The notes below the pieces were generated by a model. It was not told the DNA's origin and did no database searches. It saw only the letters and a list, made by a program, of their open reading frames with translations. Made by a program: the position numbers and the translations under genes. From Spongospora subterranea f. sp. subterranea (Eukaryota), in assembly GCA_049724395.1 (NCBI GenBank), contig JAUGWO010000056.1, positions 1 to 64,000 on the forward strand: a stretch of DNA of 64,000 nt, read 5' to 3'. Numbering within the stretch: position 1 is the stretch's first letter; each line of letters starts with the position of its first letter. Positions 36,060 through 49,554 of the stretch are shown in pieces.

Positions 36060-37389
36060 GACGGCAAGGACAATATGGGAAGGATGGCTATTGATTGTTG
36101 GAGGACGTCGTCTTAAATCCGGAGTGATCCAGACGGAGAGAAACCCATTGCCTCCAGTCAGACCTGAAAAGTTTGCGAACAGTGATCAGTTCAAACCCGC
36201 AGAGACCGAGCGAGCAGTAGTCACTGTCACTGTTAGAACGAATACAGTCGCGGACATTGATCAACACAATTGTTCCCTGTCAGACTCCGGGAGGTATTTC
36301 TGTCAGTCCACTGATGGCAGGCCACGCATCAGTCGACTGATGTGGGCCTGTATTTCACACGAACATTTTCCTGTTTAGACTAAACTGTTGCAAAAGAGGA
36401 CCAACAGGAACTATGGTTTGGAGATCCGGGATAATTCACACATTAAGGGGGGCGGTGTCTTCTGCACAATCGGAATTGTCTTCAACTTCCATGGCTCCAG
36501 AATATCAAGCGCAAAGCCTGGCTTCTACTTCAGCTGATTCATTTCGCAATAAAATTCTTTGCGCTTCTCTCCGTTGTTTTTTCTTCATCATCACTAATTC
36601 GAACGTAATTTACTGGTCGAAAGTTGCGGTTGGTGCTAGGACGTCTTTTTAAAAATTGTTAAAAGATGGAGCCAAATAGTTCATCTGAATCATAGCACAG
36701 ATGAAGCCGGCAATGGTTCAGTTTTTTCCTGCGGCACATCATGACCCGCTCTGTCTATCAACCATAGCTTGGCGATGTTAGCAGATTCAGTAAAAATCGT
36801 GACAATCTGACCGTGAACAAAATACTTGGACAAAGAGAAGCGTTTTTTTCAAAGCAATGAAACGCTTGACCACAGCTGAGCATATCATGCATACAAAGCT
36901 GCACTTCAAGATCGCAATCACGGAATCTGTAGAATTCATGAAAATGTCTCTGAATATCGGAATTCAATGATTCAATAATTAAACAAGCCGCACCAGTTGC
37001 TTCAGGATGATTTCTGCGAATATGGATACCCAATGAATCAGGACTTTGCAGTTGGACAGAGCAGAAGTTTAGGATCTAAAAACGATTAGGCGGCCGTTCG
37101 AGCTTTTTAAATGGTATGAAAACCTGGCTGAGTGTGTTTTAATGCGTCGCTTAAAATTATTTCCAGGGATCTGTTTTGAACGTGAAGAACATGTTCCATG
37201 TTTGAATGACCTAGACGAGTGTGCTAAACTTGCTATGATGCGTGGTTTCTTCGGCAAGCAAAAGAAGCTTGATGATCGCAAGTTATGAAAGCAGCAGACT
37301 CCATAGTAATCCAAGTTTTTGAGGAGAGGTTCCCATTGTTATAATTGCTACAGTATGGCAAAATACACTAAAGTAAACATTGATGCAGA

Positions 37390-37722
37390 GTATAAATGTA
37401 CGTTGTCGAGGTCAAATTAGCTGCTCGCCATGCCCCGCCCACGAAAGTGACAAAGGTCGCCGTCCGCCGCATGATCCAGGCGCGTGAGACTGAGAAAGTT
37501 CGCAAATACGGGACAGCGTTTCTGGCCCCGTTCACCGCCATCGTTCTTACCACCGGAGGCTTTCTTTCCCGACAGTCGGAACAGTGGTGGAGCGTCTGGA
37601 TGTTGTTGGCGCTCACTCGAAGCAGTTTCTGCTCGAGCTGAGTGTCCTGCTCATCCAGACGCGATCCCTGTGTAGACGGCGTAACCTTTCCCAATAAACA
37701 ACTGCAAAAACCCAAAACCCCA
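37390..37722 (+). mobile_element. 5'-truncated R2/CRE-type (REL endonuclease) non-LTR 3' fragment
   Basis: GC-rich insert encoding YVVEVK...ARETEKVRKYG...FTAIVLTTGGFLS...(LSVLLIQTR), resembling the restriction-like endonuclease end. Followed by aataaa and aaaaacccaaaacccc. Confidence 0.55.
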
Positions 37723-38024
37723 ACAAGGTTGCAGAGACATCAAGAAAAACGGGCCGCGTCCCACCAAAAAATGGGCGGCCCGCGACGTCACCTCGCCCAG
37801 CCGAACAACCGACGAAACTTGCTCAAACCCTCAAAGGAAAACACAACCGAAGAAAAACTGCAAGTCAACAAACGCAACAGAAAACGTTGAACGCGCTGTA
37901 AGCGTCAAAAGCATTTTGTTTTTGGTCAATCGCTGAAAATCGGGGTTTTTTTATCATTCTGAAACAAGATGGCGTCGTTCGTTTTTGGTGAGCCAAGATC
38001 CTCGACCTGGTCTAACCTATCTAC

Positions 38025-40299
38025 TTAACCTTGGGATGGCCCAGAATCATATTGACAGATAGTAGATTCCTTGTTGCCTGCACCAGGACAGCAATCGCGA
38101 CTGAACCTGTTGCAGGATACTGAGTTTCCCCATCTTCGAACAAATTCCGAAGCACTTCCAGCGCAATGGCGATGTAAACAATTGTTGACAGGACGGTACT
38201 TTCTGATCAAAGAGGTTAAAAGCGAATGAGGCGATCTCATTAATGGTGTCTTCGTAATCATGAACTGATCATACTGTTTGAGAATTTCGGAAAGCGCTGG
38301 GAGGAGGTCTCGTGTTGTTTTATGGCGAAGAGAAAGTCTTTCTGGAATATCAAATGGTCGGTCGATCGATCCGCATTGAAGGAACTCAAAGCCCTGACAT
38401 TTCCGATTGCCGAATTCCCCATGCTGGATTCGAGGGCCCCATTTTTGAATCCATTCATTTATATTTTGGCCACAGTGATGGACAAAGCACCCCCAGATGG
38501 GTTTCGCAGACTTGATATAAAATGATTGGCGAAACTTTCGAGCGATGGAGCCACTTGATCGGTATTTCTCGTTGAATTTACAGAACAGATTGAGTTTTTC
38601 TTCTACGGTTCGTGACGCTGAAACAGCATGAACAAGAGCTTTGAGATCCAAGCAATCGGAGTCTCCTTCTCTGAAAGCACAAATGTTCATCAATTTTTTT
38701 AAAAAAAAGCGAATGAAAACCTGTAGTCAGGGTTTCTGACGATTTTCGTCATCTGGAAACCGCAGGTGTGATGATTTGATCCACGACCGGGGCAGCATTT
38801 CAATCCAAAAAAACTGTGCTTGAAATGCGCTCCCCAACGTGTCTGGAAGAAGTTCACGTCTTTGCCACAACATTTCACAAGACAGTGAAGGACAGGGATA
38901 CAGGTGTTCTTGAGAAAATCAGACACTTTAGGAGTGATATTACGGAGTGATTTTCTGCATGAGACCAATTTCAAAACAAGATTCGAAATTAGGATCAGTT
39001 TTTGCAGGGTGCTCTTTGCCTTGCCAATTAGCCTATGTTCAGGAACATCGTTGTTTTTTTGTCCGGCCTCAACGGTATCCCATCCCGACTTTCCGACCAA
39101 CAGTAGTTCCATCATGTGTTCGGGCATGGCGACACTGTTGTGAAACTCGACCTGTTCTGAATTCGTCTCCTTTCCCTAAACGGGCGATACCGTTTGTGAT
39201 TATCAAATCCCAGATAGAGCGGGGAACCAGAGTTCTGACCAGAAACACACAGAGGCTCTCATAATCTTTAACCTCATCCAGGTCCCAGTTTAGGCGCCGA
39301 TAGAGCATTCTCAATCCAACCAAGGACTTGGAATGACGAACCTTAACCATTTTGTGAGTCTGCAGCAGTAATCCATCCTAGTACGCCATATAATAAGATA
39401 TTGGTGATCACGATTCTCGGCAATCTCTTACTTGCACGAACTTTTCACGAACGTCAACTGGCTGTTTTTTCGAAATAATCGAATTTTCGATGCGGCAATC
39501 AAAAGTTCTGCCCTCTACGCTTTCAATTGACTGTTGACCATCAATACTGATACGGGATGCATCACGGTTTGAACTCGTGTTCGGGGTCAAATCCTAAGAC
39601 GAACTTAGCAATCCCAAACACAATTTGGACATGGACTGAACGGCCAAGTTTCTGGAAGAACTGTCACAAAACTGGTGGGCGTTTCTGTTATCAGGCACGA
39701 GATTCTCGAGAATGTCTTTTGACGGCAAAATTTCCGAATCAATAGGACTTCGATTTAAATCGATAAGGCAATCGAGGTTCTCGCGCTCATGGCTCGGTGG
39801 TTGAGAACCGATACTGATGTGGGACGCGTCAGTTTTCGAACCCGGGCTCGAGTGCCATTCCTAACAACGCACTCAAAAACCCGAATCTCTATTTGAGAAT
39901 GAACTGAACGACTACATTCATCGGAGAACTTTCACCACACTGGTCGACCCGATTGATACTCGGACACTCAAACGCCAATAAGGATTTGCCTTTCAGCAAA
40001 TTTGACTCAATGTCGAATATTCCAATACCAGATTGTGTAAACCTTGGTCATGGTGCATTGTCCACTCCTGCGGTGGCGACATGGTGTCCTGCAAAGACCA
40101 ATGATCTCTGATTTTTGGCAATTATTTTGAGGGTAATTCCGCCATCCATACCGAGAAGGTGGGAGGAGGCGATTCTTGCGGCGGCATTGGCCTGACCTGA
40201 GCCAAGCGGTTCGTCCCAACCATGACCAGGTTCGGTTGCCACAGATAGAGTCGGTCTGATCACCACAAGCAGCAAACCCAACAAGTTGAGGACACGCAT
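38025..40299 (-). CDS. Putative secreted protein with three C-terminal Cys/His/Trp repeats; frameshifted as assembled
   Basis: Signal-like MRVLNLLGLLLVVIRPTLSVA at 40299. Repeats PVLHCLVKCCGKDVNFFQTRWG...CCPG, PIWGCFVHHCGQNINEWIQKWG...KCQG and PVNNCLHRHCAGSASEFVRRWG...CCPG. Linkage of the 5' and 3' parts is inferred. Confidence 0.55.
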
Positions 40300-41090
40300 T
40301 GAAGGAATGGGATGGCGCAACAGTAGGGCGGTCCGCCAACGGGCAAGGATGAGTTCAGAGTTGAGGGTGAGACGAACGGTTTTAAGTGTCATTCACCAGG
40401 GTTCAGATACCCGATTATTCTCTCCTCTCTATTCAACTTTCCTGCTGTGATTTAGTTCTGCATTTGATAATGCGGGACTTCAACCACAATCGATTATCAT
40501 TCGCGTTTTGCGGAGTGAAGGTCGTGGGCATCGTCAGGGGCAGCCATATCATGAACAACATCCATAGCCAAAGGAAAACGACATGATAAGTTTTGCTGCA
40601 GTGGTGGCCACGACCCGAACCTGGAGCGCCACCACAAACCACCAATCTTGCAAGATTATTCCTCCACTGAATATATCGCTCCAGCAAAAATGCTGAATCC
40701 AACTACACGAACAAGGCGTCGTGACTCACAACAGCAAATTCTCAACCTCTCAGAGAAATTAGGTATCAACTATCACACTTGATCGTCTCTTGACATTTGT
40801 GTTATCGTGAAAAGAACCCACTGCTACGGTTCCTGATAGAAAACGTGGACGAAAAAGGAGTCTGATCTGGCCTCTCATCTTCCGTTCGAGGCATTCACAC
40901 TAACTCTCCACTCACAGCAGGACGTCGTGTTATCGCCGACGGTTGCAGCACTGATCAACTTTAGAGCACAAGTCGAGCATGGAGCAAGTGAAACAAGGGC
41001 GGTCATTGCCACAGCAACACAAAGGAAGACGGCAGGACGAACTGGGGCAGAGAACATGGGTGTCAATAAACTTCTTCAAAACCGTGGCAC

Positions 41091-42049
41091 GTCAGGAGCG
41101 TGATGAGTTATGGCATACGAGGGCAGGTCAGGAGCGTGATGAGTTTATGGCATACGAGGGTAGGTCAGGAGCGTGATGAGTTTATGGCATACGAGGGTAG
41201 GTCAGGAGCGTGATGAGTTTATGGCATACGAGGGTAGGTCAGGAGCGTGATGAGTTTATGGCATACGACGGGCAGGTCAGGAGCGTGATCAGTTTATGGC
41301 ATACGAGGGCAGGTCAGGAGCGTGATGAGTTTATGGCATACGAGGGCAGGTCAGGAGCGTGATGAGTTTATGGCATACGAGGGCAGGTCAGGAGCGTGAT
41401 GAGTTTATGGCATACGAGGGCAGGTCAGGAGCGTGATGAGTTTATGGCATACGAGGGCAGGTCAGGAGCGTGATGAGTTTATGGCATACGAGGGCAGGTC
41501 AGGAGCGTGATGAGTTTATGGCATACGAGGGCAGGTCAGGAGCGTGATGAGTTTATGGCATACGAGGGCAGGTCAGGAGCGTGATGAGTTTATGGCATAC
41601 GAGGGCAGGTCAGGAGCGTGATGAGATTATGGCATACGAGGGCAGGTCAGGAGCGTGATGAGTTTATGGCATACGAGGGCAGGTCAGGAGCGTGATGAGT
41701 TTATGGCATACGAGGGCAGGTCAGGAGCGTGATGAGTTTATGGCATACGAGGGCAGGTCAGGAGCGTGATGAGTTTATGGCATACGAGGGCAGGTCAGGA
41801 GCGTGATGAGTTTATGGCATACGAGGGCAGGTCAGGAGCGTGATGAGTTTATGGCATACGAGGGCAGGTCAGGAGCGTGATGAGTTTATGGCATACGAGG
41901 GTAGGTCAGGAGCGTGATGAGTTTATGGCATACGAGGGTAGGTCAGGAGCGTGATGAGTTTATGGCATACGAGGGCAGGTCAGGAGCGTGATGAGTTTAT
42001 GGCATACGAGGGCAGGTCAGGAGCGTGATGAGTTTATGGCATACGAGGG
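41091..42049 (+). repeat. 37-bp minisatellite, about 26 near-identical copies
   Basis: gtcaggagcgtgatgagtttatggcatacgagggcag head-to-tail with no spacers. Confidence 0.97.
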
Positions 42050-42365
42050 CCTTTCAAACAATTCTCGTTTGCACTGGGTTTTCCATTCGTCATTGCTAGA
42101 GCCATATGTTGCCAATGAGTTGCCAGGCCGTAAGCAATGCAAAACACCTCAATTTGCATTGGATGATTCTTAGCAACCCCTATAAGATATCGAAGATATC
42201 ATTGCGTGTCGTGTTTTGCGAAGACAATATCAGTATTTTGTGCATTGGAAGGAAGTCTTCGATCGCACATGGGAGCCAACGTGTTCGTGTCGGTCTTCCG
42301 CTCCCCCGGCGTTATAACATTCTATCATCGACATCCATCGCCGATACCCGGACGACCTGTTTTCT
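42050..42365 (+). mobile_element. Gypsy integrase C-terminus/chromodomain remnant
   Basis: LSNNSRLHWVFHSSLLEPYVANELPGR followed by a decayed chromodomain-like segment. Confidence 0.6.
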
Positions 42366-43457
42366 TAGCTACTAGTTATTGTGGTTCGTGATATTTGGAC
42401 GATTTTCCAAATTCATCACGACCCGATCTTGAATGAGCTTGTCGATGTCTTATGGGCGATGATGGCTTGTCAGCGCACTCGCTGATAATAGTTGAGCTTT
42501 TCGAAATGTTTGTGGCCAAGCTTTACGGTTGTGCCTGGGAATATTACAGCTCTTAACTGAGTTCGCCTGGACACTCTCATTAATTAAGTCTTGTAGTATT
42601 TAACGCGAGAACCCTGTAGGAGTTGTAGTCTCGATGGAATTGGTTAACGGCATTTGGATCAATATTTGTGATATGAGACTTCGTGATGGCGTGAAATCGG
42701 GGACGCTACAGGTTCCCGGGCAGGCAGGTTGTGTGCGTCTACATGTCATGGTTTGAAATGAGGATGTGGCCGAGCTCTACAGAAGATTGCTTTGTGCTGC
42801 CGCTGGGTCGACAGTGGCCGGAGCGGATAACGGTGAAAAAAAGAAAAGAAGATAACGACATAAAGAGGGAGAAAGAAAAATATTGTTTATTAAAAGCGAA
42901 ACACAGTGTACTAGGTTACTTAGTTCCAGGAACGAGAGGTTTAGCACAATCTTTTGTCAATAGCCGATCCCAATTTTATGCTTTGGCATCATCGCTTGGG
43001 TCACGGGAATTATCGTGATGTCAACAAAACTGTCATCGGAACATTGTTTCGACCCTTGGTGTTATCGTTGGACAGTATCCAATTTGCGAAGACTGTGTAA
43101 TTGCAAAGGCGAAGAGCACTCCATTTCCTTCTCAAATTAACCGCGGCATAGGGATTTTTGGGGATTATCGATTTTGACATAAATGGGTCATTCCCCGGTC
43201 GCTCCTTGTATGGGGAACGATATTCCATCACCTTTTCTGATCATTGCAGCAAAACAAATTCACTTATTTGTTAAATGAAACAAACAACCATTTCAAAGGT
43301 CTTAAATCTCTCAAAACGAGCCTAGAAAATCCAACTGGAAACAGAGTTAACATTTTGGCGTGTACGCCAAGGAATTCTTTAAACAGGGATTTGAACATTT
43401 TGGTTCAGTTCCTGGAAACTAGATTGGTCCAACATCCCAATGAACAAATCGGCAGAT

Positions 43458-44207
43458 TTATCGACCAATTGAATAGCACGGCGACGACGTTCCAGGAATT
43501 CGATGCAGCTTGCCGGCAGCACACAGGGCAAGCAGTATGGGCGTTTTACTGCCATCCGATTCTGATAAGAACTGAATCCCACGAGTCTGATGACATTCTT
43601 GTCGCTGAAATTTCTACAATAAATCAAAGAAAGTTCAGATACAGAATTCGCGTCGAAGCAATCAAGGTCGAGTGCAAATGAAAAATTTAAGAAAAAGCCC
43701 CGTGTTCGTCGAACAGAACGACACAATAAAACAATCAAGCGACAACGGATAGGAGCGAATTTGATCGAAACGCGCTTGTACAAACATGTAAATCGGGAAG
43801 AAGACGAAGCGTACCTCATATTGAATGGCTTGATGAGTAGTGAGATCCTGACGAGACGACCTCAGTAAAACGTACTTTTGGTGAAGTCGATCGAGGAACG
43901 ACGCGAAATACGTGTTGATCTCTTGTTGGGAGACGGAAGCGGATGAACCCTCTGCCGGAATCGGGGACGACATGCTCTGCGAATCAGTCAGCATGATACG
44001 ATCTCTGAGGGCAGCGAGCTCTAGAATCGCAGCGTCGTCAGCGATGATCTTCGATTCCAGAACATCCAATTGCTGTTCCAGGGTGTCCAGCAGGGAATTG
44101 TTCAGCGTTAATCTGGACCCAGCTCTACGACAAGACAGCAGCAGCTTCAAGTCGCTGACACGACCCTCAATATGCCCGTGTAGGCACGATAGACTATCGG
44201 ACGACAT
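43458..44207 (-). CDS. SKA1: Spindle and kinetochore-associated protein 1; 2 exons (44207-43815, 43613-43458), 182 aa
   Basis: N-terminus MSSDSLSCLHGHIEGRVSDLKLLLSCR resembles the SKA1 coiled coil. Splicing the GT-AG intron 43614-43814 gives in-frame ...YE|KFQRQECHQTRGIQFLSESD...LLALCAAGKLHRI, resembling the SKA1 microtubule-binding end. Confidence 0.75.
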
Positions 44208-44509
44208 CGCAACAACGCTTTCACGACGGCGACGTGAAAAATACAGCTCTGAGAAAACAGAAAAGTGGATCAACGTCAATGAACGTGCGCGCCTAAAAAT
44301 CCATCAGTCGCGTCTGAAAGTTTTCCATATTTCGACACCACTTTGTCCTGATATGATGGTTCATACGCCAACTGCTGCAGAACCTCATGATAAGGGGACA
44401 CTGCGCTTGCAGTTGTGGCAAACGGATCGCAAAAAGGTAAAAAAATGTTTGTTTTGCTCTAAATATTATCATTACTTTACTTAATCAGATGGGTATGGTG
44501 TAGGGTGTT

Positions 44510-47500
44510 CTAATAGTGTAATAAACCGCTCACTGCTAATCGGATGGATTTCCTATCGGCCAGGTTATCGACGCCGATCTGTTTCTTCAGCATGGCGCTG
44601 TTCAAAAAGTATGCAGGGTGGCCCCTGTCAGTCCAGAATCCAGAAATGCAGCTCGGTATTGAGGCAGGCCACCGCGCTCGGCGATATACGCGGCCACGTG
44701 CACCGTTGACCAATCTTGCAGATCCTCTGGAAACTCGGTCGCGTTCGCATCCGTTTCCTGAAACGCCATCTTCTCGTGTATCGACATTTCCATCCAGGTT
44801 AACCGTAACGCAGCGTCGAGCTCGGCGCTGTCAATATCGGGATCCACCGACCTGATATACGCCGCTTCGGAGCGCACGAACGCCAGATACGCTTGACTTT
44901 CATATTGAGAAAGCAGCGCCTGTGAGGCAGAAGGCGGCGGAGGCTGTGCAGGTGTCGAAGCTGAAGATGGATGGAATGCAGATGGAGTCGAACTTTTCCT
45001 TCCTGCGAAAAATATGGGTTTAGATAAAAAGAGATAAATTTTTGAAAACACAAAGGGAATATGCCCGTTTCCTTCAAGAGTAATTCTAAAAATTGAAAGC
45101 ACGTTACAAAAGCTTGAACAGCGCTGCTTCAGTATTACTGATGTCCAGACACGTAGTGTACAAAGAAAGAAATTGGCTCAGGAATGTGGCAAACCACAAC
45201 ATTGTAGCACATTCATAAACAACCCAAATGGAAACCAGCAGAAAAAAAATTGAACGGCTTCAAATATGTACCGGATGACGGTTGCCCATTCTCTGGCTCG
45301 TTGACCGGGGCGTTTGAATCCTGGGAGGTGTAGGCAGGAGCGGAAGCAGTACCAGCGCCGTCGCTGACAGCATTGTTGCCAAGGAATAAGGAAGTGATGG
45401 TATGAGCGGCCTCGCGGTCCCGCTGCCTTTTGCCAGGGGCGCGCGCTCCACCCTACATCCGAGTTAGCAACTTGACTCTAGAATTAAAACATTCATCATA
45501 TGTGAGCAAAATAGATAATTCCACAATGAACGATTGAAAGGGTAACGAAAGTAGAAAAGAACCTGAACGCTGTGAAACGCAGTGTCAAACTCAAGAATTG
45601 TGCAAAAACACACCAATTCCTCAAAAATTGATGGTAAAACCACACTAACGACAAAAGAAATGGAAGATGATGGTCATTTACGGGGATGACAGGTTTAAAA
45701 TTCGAGGCTGGAGCGGCTGCGGAAGATGGTACTGTAGCGAATGGAACGGTTGACGTGCCAACCCCAGAATCGTTCACAGGATTATGGTCGGACTTGGACC
45801 AGGATCGCATTTCAAACTCATACCTCTTCTTATCGGCTGAAGCTAAAATTTCGTACTTCTTCCTTTGCTGATTCGTCATACTTTGCCATATATCCCCTAC
45901 ATTGTAGAGCTTCAGTATATGTTATCCGCTGGTTCAAACTATTGTGTCGAACTAAATTTGACACGAAGAACGCTGAAATAGATATTAAAAATTGGCTGTA
46001 CCAATGATTTTGGCAACTTCTGTGAAGGTTTTGTCAGTATGTTTCGCGGTGAGGGCGGCGCGGTGCGTGGCTACAAAGAACAAATACGCGCTAAGCGGAT
46101 GCTTTGGCGCCAATGGGTGTTTTCGACGACGTTTTCCACCGGCAGCTGCATCAGTACCGTCCGCAGCAGTCTCGTCGTCATCATCATCCTGAAGCGGGAT
46201 CGTCAGACTGAACGATATCAAACTAATTGTAATATTGACAATGTCGTCGAGTCCCAGATCAAAAAGGTGTATGATAGCATTGGACGTAACCTGTGCCAAG
46301 CAGATGAGTACAGTACCTGTAAAAGTTCGCTCTCAGGTGGAACTGTTGTCTCGTCCTCTAAAATTCCGGCAGCGCGGCGTTGTTGAAACTCAGCCTTCTC
46401 AATACGATATCGATCCTGATGGGAACGCAACTTAACAATGAGATAAATACGAAAACATGTTCCAGAAAAAGTTCAAAGGACACATCAAAGCAGACTCAAT
46501 CTGAGCAAAGGTTTAACCAGCAACGAGCGAGAATTATTTTACAAAAACAGTAATGCTAAACCAGTGACATTCCGCTGAATCCGAGGAAGAACCAACCTCG
46601 CACAAACAGGAACTACTAAAAGCTATAGAGTAGGAAAAAGTCAAAAATACCTTATCGTTGTCAGCCATGGTCTGATACCTTGATTTCTGCTCATCTGATA
46701 GTGATTTCCACTTCTCACCAAGAATTTTGGCGATCGCAGTGAACGAGTTTCGCTCTTGCGGCGTGGCCGCACTCTTAATCAGGTCGCGATTTTCTCCCAC
46801 AAAAAACAGGTAGGCGCTTTTTGGATGTTTTGGGGCACCGGGTAATTTCCTGTAGCGAAAATATCAAACAATCGAAATGGTCGAACGGAAACATATGCCA
46901 GAAAAGAATCATAAGAAGGAGAAACATCAGCAATAGCATTGATATACAACCAAATCACCTCTTTTTGGCTTTTTTGGCGGCTAATTCGGAAGCTTTCGCG
47001 GCGGACGGACGGCATTGCAGTTCGTATCGGAGCTGATCTTTCTCGGCCAAATCATCGAACACGCGGCGCTCTGCATCAGATAAAGCCTCCCACTTTTCGG
47101 CGACAATCTAGAAAAAAATCAGCTATGGATTATACGGACGAACGACTGATCGCAAAGAAAGCCGAAAAAACGCTGACAAATGTACAATAATCTACAAATA
47201 CTCGTTTAATTAGGTCAACAGTAAATCAAAATAAGAGCTGAAAATCACTACCAAAACATGCTAAACAAACCAAAACGTGATCCAGCTTAACAAAACTGAT
47301 CTAAAAAAAAAAAAACAGGAAAATTTTTGATTATGGAAGAATGCGAACTGGCGTTGATAGATGAAAGCGAAAGCATTTGTTGAAAAATCTGCAATAGGGC
47401 AAAGCAAGATCTGATGGAACCGTGTGTCCACCCAAATTCGTTGAAGCGACAAATGTTGCAAGTTTCAATTTGAGGGTTTACCGCAATAATCCTGTTGGGC

Positions 47501-48098
47501 GGCATAGCATCACCACATTGTTGAACGATATTCTCCAAATGGGCAGCGTTGAAATAGGCGAACGCGGAAACTGCTGATTTTGGACCTGTAAATATCATAG
47601 GATTAGCAACGAATAAAGCGAACCAATTGTGTGCTGTGTTTGACATGAACTCCAACACATAAAAAGAAACTAAAACAGCAAGACCCAGCGAGGAATTTGG
47701 GTAAACGAAGCGGAAGATAATGACACAGATACGTCATAATGAACGATTGCATCACCGCCACGGATCCTTGGAACGACGGAAATTAAACAAACACAATTGC
47801 AAAAGAACTAAACAGCAAACACCAATGTTCCCGGTCCTTTTCGAATTTAACTTTAGATGTGATGATGAAGGTAGCAACGGGGTCGTAACGAAAATTTGCC
47901 ATGGAAAAGTTGAGGAAAACCAGATCGGTAACGCAACGCATTATGGGACAGCATGGCGACATTCGTACCTTTTTTCCGTCTCCTGGCGTTGGAAAATGCC
48001 TCATCATGACGGATAGAGAGCAGCTGAGCTATTGACAAATCTGGAAGCACCGGGAGAGGAGTGGCAGGGGGAGTCTCGGTGGACTCATCGAGGTCCAT
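44510..48098 (-). CDS. Multi-exon HMG-box protein (3 clear boxes + 1 degenerate) with a C-terminal SAM domain
   Basis: GPKSAVSAFAYF...|IVAEKWEALSDAERRVFDDLAEKDQLRYE; APKHPKSAYLFFV...GEKWKSLSDEQKSRY; APKHPLSAYLFFV...KYEILASADKKRYE; SQAYLAFVRSE...WMEMS. SAM: DWSTVHVAAYI...LPQYRAAFLDSGLTGATL...IGVDNLADRKSI. One apparent indel near 44605. Confidence 0.82.
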
Positions 48099-49554
48099 AT
48101 AGGGCACGATCAAGGCGGCCGTTTCCCAAAGTGGGGGCGATAGGCGCGATTAAAGCGCCCTGGCAAATGCAGGACGACGGCAACGGATCAGGAGGTAATA
48201 GGGCGATCCAATATAGTAATTGAAATCGCGAGGCGACAAGACTCCGTGGACTAACCTGCTCCGGATGATTCACTACTGCTGACTTACACTGCGCAATTAT
48301 TATTAAATCATGACGGGGTTTGGCGTGGCCTACATCATCACTGCCAATCATTGACGGAGGGTGAGTCATGGTAGGTACGCGGCCTTCATCATCCGTTCGT
48401 TACTGTCGGCGGCACGTCTGGCAAATGGCGCTGAAGGGAGGGACCACCACACTCGATCGGTTATCCTGGTTGATGTTATCGCCATACCTGTTTCCCAGAA
48501 ATAGACTCTACTCTGGTTAAATCTGCATTTGCTGTTAAACGGTTGCAGCAGTATTGGTCTGGCATGACATTGTGGCCCACCGCTTTTTGTTTTTTCTTTC
48601 AAAATGATGCTGTTGACAGGAGGGTGGAATCAAGCATTGGCTGTCTGATTAAAAGTTCCAATGTGCCAATCATTAATTTGCTTTCCCAGATATCCACGTC
48701 TTTTTAGCCAGAACGGTTCAAACACTCGATTATTGTAATTGTAATTGAATCAGAATATGAATATATAACAATTCATGAAAACCGGATAAAACAACACATC
48801 TGCGTCGACATTTTATGCTGGCTAATTATTTATTTATCGTCTGGATTAGAACGGACTGATATGTGCGTTCATGACATGGAACAGGATCGTTTATAATTTC
48901 ACACCTTCCTTCGCGTTTACCTGTTCATGAATCAACGACATTGTCCTTTATTTTTTTTGAATTGCACTTTCCCAAGTGTCTTGATGAATATGTTCGCCAT
49001 GACGCCAGATGCTGTTGGCTAACTCTCGATCGTTCGATCCGTTTCTCCTGAACTTGTTCTCTGATGAAACGCGGTCGAACCTCGAATCGACCCATTGCTG
49101 TAGCCAATGGATGGCGCTGTTGAACAAAAATGCACACTAGCGCCCTTGTCTGAGAAGGGTACGATCACGACGGGAAATCTCTCGGAAACCCTCCCCCGGA
49201 CCCAACAGCAGTTCGAATGAGGATCGCCAAAAGACACAATCGCAAATTTCTCGACCTACGGGCACATCGTTCAATACGTCTGAAGAAGTCGACCTAGAAC
49301 GACACATTGCTGGCCTCAAACGGTTTGATGGAACCAACTGGTCACCATTAGAAACGGTGCATTGAAATCTGATTCCGAGTTGGTGGTCGAGTCCCCGCCG
49401 AGATCGCTGAACGTCCTCACATCGTGTGTGCAGCACCACAATCTTGTCCAATCGGGTTTTCATCGTTTGTGTCGGCTTCAATGGATCAGACCACGTTGTG
49501 CAAATTGGAGACTTGGCACCAGCCGGCCACAAACAATGACAACCGACATGGACA

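Noticed and set aside
41091..42049. CRISPR array (37-bp repeat)
   Set aside because: Units are head-to-tail with no unique spacers, there are no cas genes, and the context is eukaryotic.
42983..43005. Possible tRNA primer-binding site (tggcatcatcgc)
   Set aside because: Could not match it to a tRNA 3' end or to a defined adjacent LTR.
43244..44484. Plus-strand ORFs 43244-43681 and 43912-44484
   Set aside because: Antisense to the spliced SKA1 gene, which explains the region.
38025..44610. Programmed frameshifting or true pseudogenisation of host genes
   Set aside because: Breaks often fall in homopolymer runs (e.g. 38694-38708, 44602-44608) and the window shows other consensus errors, so sequencing indels are more likely.
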